Positions 41,206-46,136 of a DNA stretch of 46,136 nt are shown one piece after another. A program made the position numbers and the translations under genes. A model generated the notes under the pieces. It was not told the origin of the DNA and searched no databases. It was given only the letters and a program-made list of their open reading frames with translations. How positions within the stretch are numbered: the first letter of the stretch is position 1; each line of letters begins with the position of its first letter. The stretch covers positions 1-46,136 of IMG/VR virus record IMGVR_UViG_3300029595_000010; one strand, given 5' to 3'. This stretch comes from a virus.

Positions 41206-41642
41206 AGTTCTTCCTCCACATACCGCCAGCTCTGCGGCGGGCGGGTGATTGGCTTGGGTTTTGCCTTGAGCGCTACCTCTACCTCATTTGGCACAGCGTA
41301 AAATTCCCGCAGTTCTCGCGGGGTGTCGTAAATCTTGAGATTGGAGATGTGCCAGCCATATAACTCATTCGCGCCATTTGCATACGCTCGAATTTCATCA
41401 GCAGTTAGGCACGTGCGCAAGATATCATCTTCGTTCAGCCAAAAGCGGCTATTCTCGAAAAGATCTGTCACACGATCACATATAAACTCGCCGACGACGC
41501 CGCCCAGAACCGAACGGTAGATGTAGCACTTAAACGGTGGGTTCATCTTCGGGCGCGTCTTGCGCACCTCAATGGTCTTCCGCCCTTCCATGATCTTCTG
41601 GCACCCCCCTGAGCGGATGCTGATCAAAACAGCTTTACTCAT
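41193..41642 (-). CDS. ASCH-domain protein, copy 2
   Basis: MSKAVLISIRSGGCQKIMEGRKTIEVRKTRPKM...; long identical nucleotide runs shared with copy 1. Confidence 0.7.
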   Translation of the reverse strand: MSKAVLISIRSGGCQKIMEGRKTIEVRKTRPKMNPPFKCYIYRSVLGGVVGEFICDRVTDLFENSRFWLNEDDILRTCLTADEIRAYANGANELYGWHISNLKIYDTPRELREFYAVPNEVEVALKAKPKPITRPPQSWRYVEEELWDG

Positions 41643-42004
41643 GCCTTGTCTCCTTCCTCCGTCGCTTCCGGCAGCGGCATCCAGTGGGTTACCTCCACGT
41701 CTTGCCCCCATGTATCAAACCATTCGCCGTATGCGTAATTTGCAATGAGTGCATCCCCGTCAGCATTTAGCGCAAGCTGCGGCATATCATACTCTGGCGT
41801 TTTTTCTGTCACGGAAATCCACCGCTTCTTCTCTCGCAGCGCCGCATTCTCGGCGGTCAGGCGCTCGATCACGTTAGCAGCCGCAAACTCGATGTATTCC
41901 CGCCGATTTTGGGTTTCTCCGGCCTTGCAGTTTTCGCATGCGTCGTCGTGTCCAAGCCCCTTCGCGCAGCACCGCAGCGCCTTCACGATCTCTTTTTCAG
42001 TCAT
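41639..42004 (-). CDS. DUF551-like protein
   Basis: C-terminal VTHWMPLPE. Confidence 0.7.
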   Translation of the reverse strand: MTEKEIVKALRCCAKGLGHDDACENCKAGETQNRREYIEFAAANVIERLTAENAALREKKRWISVTEKTPEYDMPQLALNADGDALIANYAYGEWFDTWGQDVEVTHWMPLPEATEEGDKA

Positions 42005-42228
42005 AGGGTTTCTTCCTCCATTCCTTCAAGAACCATCATTGTGCTGCCGTCCCGCCTCACAGCGTACTTTAGTGCCTTGTGCTTGATTAGAGACAGAAGC
42101 AGTTGAATCTGAAGGTTCATGAACCACGTTCGATTCCAAATTCTCCCGTTCCAATAGATGTTTTCTTGCAGCACCAAATCGTCCAGTGATCGAATGCAAT
42201 CGCCTTTCATATATTTTGGTTTACTCAT
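42001..42228 (-). CDS. Hypothetical protein (75 aa)
   Basis: ATGA-coupled; trimmed. Confidence 0.5.
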   Translation of the reverse strand: MSKPKYMKGDCIRSLDDLVLQENIYWNGRIWNRTWFMNLQIQLLLSLIKHKALKYAVRRDGSTMMVLEGMEEETL

Positions 42229-42488
42229 TTCCTTTTCTCCCATTCCAATCCGCCGAACATAGTCGTTTGCTCCATGTCCGGTTCCTTTTTCTGCGCCGCC
42301 CTCCGTTTCTCAACCGGCCTGTACTCCCGTTCTGGGTTAAGAACGTCTATCGAGCAAAATTCAAAGTGTGGGCAGCGGTTCAGCCGCGTTATCTGACGGT
42401 CAGTTCTAATTTCGTCTTTTGGCTCGCACCAAATCATGTCATCACCTTGAAGATAGGCATTTACGCAGTAGCGGCAGTATTGCTTCAT
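42225..42488 (-). CDS. Small Cys-containing protein (87 aa)
   Basis: GAGAGGAG RBS; CRYC...C...C. Confidence 0.55.
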   Translation of the reverse strand: MKQYCRYCVNAYLQGDDMIWCEPKDEIRTDRQITRLNRCPHFEFCSIDVLNPEREYRPVEKRRAAQKKEPDMEQTTMFGGLEWEKRK

Positions 42489-42527
42489 GGATTCTCCTCT
42501 CGCATTTGCAGCAATCGCAAACAAATC

Positions 42528-43358
42528 TCATGTCTTGTCCTCCTTGTTTTCCGCAAGCATTCGCTCGACCGCCTCCAGCTGGAACGCATCAAGTTCGTCC
42601 CCGTGGCGCTGCACGCCATGTTGCATCCGAGCGGCCCCCTTCGACACAGGCCCCATCACCCTGTCCACAGCCGCACGTTCCAGTGGATTCAGTTCGTCGT
42701 GGTGCCCCTGCACACCGTAGCCGGGCTTTGCAGCGCGGCCAAGCGACGCAGGGCGTGTGCTGGCCTCTTTCAGCCAGTCAAACACGATCCCCTTGTAATT
42801 TGCGGCCATAGAGCGGGTTATCACGTCGATCATGGCTTCCTCGCCGTATCCCTCCGCAGCCTTTGTGATCTGCGTAACAAGGCTTTGCAGGCCAACAGGC
42901 TTATACTCCTCCCGTCGTTCTCCCTTGTACGTCACCCATTTTTCAACTGCTTCGCGCAGCGTGGGGGGTAGGGGGGAAAGAATACTGTCCTTGTCCTTGT
43001 CCTTTGTCCTTTTCCTTTGTCCATAGCTTTTTTTGCTTTCCTCGGAAAGCATTTGCTTTTTTTGCTTTTCGTTGCTTTCGTCAAAAGCATTTGCTTTTTC
43101 GGATTCAGGCCGACCGCCCTGCTTTCCTGCCTCACTTCTGGACGCGGAGACGGCTTTTTGCGCCGCTACGGATTCGTCAATGTCCCGTCGAATCGCAGGC
43201 CAAATGAAACGTTCACTCCCGCTGAACTCTGGCTCTGCTCCCGACTCGCGATAATCCATCGCGGCCAGCACCAAGCGCCCCACCTCAGCAGCACTGTACG
43301 CCTCGAAATAGCTCCTGTAACTCAGCCACAGCTTGACGTATTCCTTTTTATCTCCCAT
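42528..43358 (-). CDS. DUF6291-like replication-associated protein with a C-terminal tandem ~25-aa repeat
   Basis: KLWLSYRSYFEAYSAAEVGRLVLAAMDY; GVQGHHDELNPLERAAVDRVM / GVQRHGDELDAFQLEAVERML. Confidence 0.6.
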   Translation of the reverse strand: MGDKKEYVKLWLSYRSYFEAYSAAEVGRLVLAAMDYRESGAEPEFSGSERFIWPAIRRDIDESVAAQKAVSASRSEAGKQGGRPESEKANAFDESNEKQKKQMLSEESKKSYGQRKRTKDKDKDSILSPLPPTLREAVEKWVTYKGERREEYKPVGLQSLVTQITKAAEGYGEEAMIDVITRSMAANYKGIVFDWLKEASTRPASLGRAAKPGYGVQGHHDELNPLERAAVDRVMGPVSKGAARMQHGVQRHGDELDAFQLEAVERMLAENKEDKT

Positions 43359-43368
43359 CCGTCAGCCA

Positions 43369-43821
43369 TCAGACCGGCAGGTCGTCGTCGCCAATCTCCA
43401 TCTGCGGCATATCCGGCGCAGAGAACGGAACCGGCGTTGTGCTCGGCAGCGGCTTGAACTCCGAAGAGGCCGGTGCAGCGGCAGAAGCATTCTGCCCGTC
43501 CCGCTTGCTGTCGCCGAAATAAACGCTTTCTGCGACGATCTCGGCAGTCTTGCGCTTGTTTCCGTCCTTGTCTTCCCAGTTGCGGATCTGCAAACGGCCA
43601 GAAACGACGGCCATGCGGCCCTTTGAGAAATACTTGCTGACAAAATCAGCTGTATTCCGCCATGCGACAACATCAATAAAATCCGTTTCCTTCTCCGCGC
43701 CCTGCGCCGCGTAATCGCGGTCGCAGGCAAGCGTGAAGGACGCAACAGAATTTCCGCTTTGCGTCTGCCGAAGCTCAGGGTCACGGGTCAGGCGGCCCAT
43801 CAGGACGATTTTATTCAGCAT
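43369..43821 (-). CDS. ssb: Single-stranded DNA-binding protein
   Basis: MLNKIVLMGRLTRDPELRQT...; acidic tail DDDLPV. Confidence 0.9.
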   Translation of the reverse strand: MLNKIVLMGRLTRDPELRQTQSGNSVASFTLACDRDYAAQGAEKETDFIDVVAWRNTADFVSKYFSKGRMAVVSGRLQIRNWEDKDGNKRKTAEIVAESVYFGDSKRDGQNASAAAPASSEFKPLPSTTPVPFSAPDMPQMEIGDDDLPV

Positions 43822-44647
43822 TTGCAGCGCCCTCCATGACCTCGCCGGTTGCCTGATCGACCGGCATATTGTCTACCATTTCTGCATCTGCGACAACAGT
43901 AGGAACGCTGAACATATCGTCGCTGATCTCCGTCTTGACCGTGCTGTCCTGCGCGATCTGCCGAACAAATTCAGACTTCATCGGCGCGTATTTCAGAACT
44001 TTTTTCAGAACGGTCTTCTTTGCCATCTCTTCAAAGTTGGTCTGCCACGGGCCGGAGCTGTATGCCTTGCTGTACTTCTGCGCATGGGCGCGAACATCGT
44101 CCAGCGTCATGATCTCGAAGCCGTAGCCGCCGTCCTTTGTCTTGAACATGGCCCAGACGTTCACCGGGTCGCCGCGATCTCCGTTCAGCTTCGGGATAAA
44201 TTTCAGGCTGCATTCCGTGCCATACTCGGCAATCAGCGTATCGTTCGCGTGTCCGACTTGCGCCTGGATCGTCTGGATCTCGCCGGAGCGGTATGCAAGG
44301 TCGATCATGCCTTTGTATCCAAGTTGGAACTGACATTCCAGACGGTTCTGCTTCCCGTTCCAATACGGGATCAAGTATGCCTGCCCAAGCGGCGTGTTCG
44401 GCTCCAAGCCAAGCTGTGCGGCGGTCATCATCGCGCCGAGGAAAGATTGCGGCGTACACTGCGCCAGTTTCGGATTCGTGGAAAGCGCGGAAAGCGTGAT
44501 CCGCGTGAACCGTTCCGGCGTCATAACGGAGGGAAGCGCTTTCTTGATCTCACCCTCCATCTGCTTGATATACTGCTGCATTGTCGGATTTCCACCGCTC
44601 TGTGCCTTCATAGCCGTCTGCGCGGTTGCCTGCTGGATTTTGTTCAT
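43811..44647 (-). CDS. recT: RecT-family single-strand annealing recombinase
   Basis: ...FLGAMMTAAQLGLEPNTPLGQAYLIPY... Confidence 0.9.
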   Translation of the reverse strand: MNKIQQATAQTAMKAQSGGNPTMQQYIKQMEGEIKKALPSVMTPERFTRITLSALSTNPKLAQCTPQSFLGAMMTAAQLGLEPNTPLGQAYLIPYWNGKQNRLECQFQLGYKGMIDLAYRSGEIQTIQAQVGHANDTLIAEYGTECSLKFIPKLNGDRGDPVNVWAMFKTKDGGYGFEIMTLDDVRAHAQKYSKAYSSGPWQTNFEEMAKKTVLKKVLKYAPMKSEFVRQIAQDSTVKTEISDDMFSVPTVVADAEMVDNMPVDQATGEVMEGAANAE

Positions 44648-45588
44648 GATTCTTCCTCCTGTTTCATTTCTGTAATTTTGAATGGCCGGGCCTGTACCGT
44701 TTTATAAAACGGTGCCAAATCGATATCCGGGTATGCCTCTTTAAAGGCTTTGGGCTGAAACGTCTGCCGGTTTTGCTGCTTCCAAGAGACGTTGTAGCCG
44801 TTGCAGGCGGCCCGCTCTGCCGTACCCATATCGAGCTTGATCGTGTTTTCAATCTCGCGGCTGCGCTCCGCCAGTGCCGCCGCCTGACGTTTGATCTGCA
44901 TATACTCAGACAGCAGCTGTTCGCGTCCGAACAAATCAAGCTGTTCGCCGCTGCTATCGGCATAAACCGTGCTGATCGCGTCCGTCGTCGCCTCCGAACC
45001 GTCCGGTGCAGGCGGGGTGTCTTCCTCGACGCATCGCCAGAAAAGCTTCTCCGCCTCCATCAGCGCGGAGATTTCCGCCTCATCGCGCTCGAGCGTGTAT
45101 GTAAAGAATCCGCGCCCGAAGACAAGAACCGCCAAATACCAACGGTCTAGGCCGGTGACGGCCAGATAATGCACGCACTGGCAATAATATTTCTCCGGGA
45201 AATCCACACCGTTGAACTGCCGAATGTCAAGCGTCGAGGTTGTCTTGCATTCCAGCCCTGCATTTTCGCTGGAAATTCGCCTGTCAATGTCTGCGTGCGC
45301 CCACGGATACGCGGGGTTCCGAATGATGTAGTTGCAGCGCCGCACCTTTTTCCCGGACGCTTCCTCAAAACGCTTCGCAACATACTCCTCGAGATCTCGG
45401 CCGATCCGCATAGCCTCTGTGTCTTCCTTTTCCGGAAGACGCCCAGTCTTGTCCATCCATACCGTGTACGGGCTTGCAAAGCGGCTCATGCCGATAACAG
45501 CTGCCGCGTCACTCCCACCGATGGACTTTCTGCGTTCCTCCAGCCATTCTTCGCGGCTCATCTTCACAGTGGAGATTGTATCGAGCAT
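44644..45588 (-). CDS. YqaJ-type (lambda Exo-like) exonuclease
   Basis: REEWLEERRKSIGGSDAAAVIG...; coupled to recT. Confidence 0.85.
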   Translation of the reverse strand: MLDTISTVKMSREEWLEERRKSIGGSDAAAVIGMSRFASPYTVWMDKTGRLPEKEDTEAMRIGRDLEEYVAKRFEEASGKKVRRCNYIIRNPAYPWAHADIDRRISSENAGLECKTTSTLDIRQFNGVDFPEKYYCQCVHYLAVTGLDRWYLAVLVFGRGFFTYTLERDEAEISALMEAEKLFWRCVEEDTPPAPDGSEATTDAISTVYADSSGEQLDLFGREQLLSEYMQIKRQAAALAERSREIENTIKLDMGTAERAACNGYNVSWKQQNRQTFQPKAFKEAYPDIDLAPFYKTVQARPFKITEMKQEEES

Positions 45589-46136
45589 TTACTCTACCTC
45601 CATAAATTCGTCGTTCTGCAGCCGATACCAGGTACCGGCCTTGATCTTCTCGCCGTCGACAATTGCCGCTTTGACGGCAATAATCGGATGTGCCTCCCCG
45701 TCCCATTTGCCGCGCTCAACACAGCAGATCGCGCAGCCAAGTGCGCCCATTGCTTTACACTCATATCCAGCTGCAAGAGCAACACCGGCTTTGCCCGTGG
45801 CGGAGGCCGCGCCCCGATTGCCCGTGGCGGAGGCCGCGCCCTGATCGCCTGTGGCGGAGGCCGCGCCCTGATCGCCCGTGGCGGAGGCCGCGCCCTGATT
45901 GCCCGTGGCGGAGGCCGCGCCCCGATAGCCCGTGGCGGAGGCCGCGCCCTGATCGCCCGTGGCGGAGGCCGCGCCCCGATTGCCCGTGGCGGAGGCCGCG
46001 CCCCGATAGCCCGTGGCGGAGGCCGCGCCCTGATTGCCCGTGGCGGAGGCCGCGCCCCGATCGCCTGTGGCGGAGGCCGCGCCCTGATCGCCCGTGGCGG
46101 AGGCCGCGCCCTGATTGCCCGTGGCGGAGGCCGCGC
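45589..46136 (-). CDS. C-terminal part of the nonapeptide-repeat protein (continuation of 664->1)
   Basis: Repeats then ...[73 protein letters not shown] at 45591-45589 abutting the exonuclease ATG. Confidence 0.8.
   Translation of the reverse strand, partial: AASATGNQGAASATGDQGAASATGDRGAASATGNQGAASATGYRGAASATGNRGAASATGDQGAASATGYRGAASATGNQGAASATGDQGAASATGDQGAASATGNRGAASATGKAGVALAAGYECKAMGALGCAICCVERGKWDGEAHPIIAVKAAIVDGEKIKAGTWYRLQNDEFMEVE
45795..46136 (-). repeat. 27-bp tandem repeat array, right part (12 units plus a partial one)
   Basis: Same core and variable positions as 1-305. Confidence 0.95.
46038..46136. repeat. Terminal direct repeat, right copy
   Basis: Identical to 1-99. Confidence 0.9.

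Larger units (their letters stand above)
1..46136. mobile_element. Complete temperate siphovirus-like phage genome on a circularly closed contig (unique length 46,037 bp)
   Basis: nt 1-99 identical to nt 46038-46136. Integrase+attP, lysogeny switch, Exo/RecT/SSB, TerS/TerL/portal/capsid/tail/lysis modules are all present. Confidence 0.85.

Noticed and set aside
1-46136. Diversity-generating retroelement or retron explaining the variable repeats or the structured spacer
   Set aside because: No reverse-transcriptase-like ORF exists anywhere in the window, and there is no template/variable repeat pair with adenine-specific differences.

Overview
The window is one complete temperate siphovirus-type phage genome on a contig that closes on itself. 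Nt 1-99 equal nt 46038-46136, so the unique length is 46,037 bp. RBS style (AGGAGG), about 60% GC and a Firmicutes-type LexA box point to a high-GC Clostridia-like host; this is inference only. Almost every gene is on the minus strand. Reading that strand from about 3388 leftwards and wrapping through position 1:
- Early genes: Cro-like HTH, Xis-like HTH, a RAMP-like protein, a GCAACG-repeat spacer, small early genes, and a 20 x 27-bp nonapeptide-repeat gene that spans the contig junction.
- Recombination and accessory genes: YqaJ exonuclease, RecT, SSB, a DUF6291-like protein, DUF551, two ASCH paralogs, Lar, and a RuvC-like resolvase.
- Late genes: a RinA-like late regulator, a 59-bp palindrome, TerS/TerL, portal, MuF-like protein, scaffold, decoration protein, major capsid, neck, tail tube, chaperones, tape measure and a large tail-fibre module.
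- Lysis genes: holins and an endolysin.
- Two cargo operons of unknown function.

The plus strand carries the lysogeny side: an AT-rich cargo island, a cI-like HTH, a membrane-anchored XRE regulator, a tyrosine integrase, and an attP built on a tRNA-Ser(GCT) 3-prime fragment.

Candidates most worth follow-up:
- the repeat-variable-diresidue nonapeptide array;
- the RAMP/Cas6-like early protein next to an iteron-like untranslated spacer;
- an SOS-box promoter driving a 60-aa ORF, in a phage whose repressor candidates lack an S24 domain;
- the AT-rich island in the immunity region;
- two post-lysis cargo operons, one operator-controlled and one encoding coat/exosporium-like low-complexity proteins plus an unlisted 35-aa Cys-rich peptide;
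- an in-frame TGA between a DUF4417 gene and the MuF-like head gene.

Limits: all family names come from memory of motifs, and no database search was run. Coordinates of small motifs were hand-indexed and may be off by 1-2 nt.
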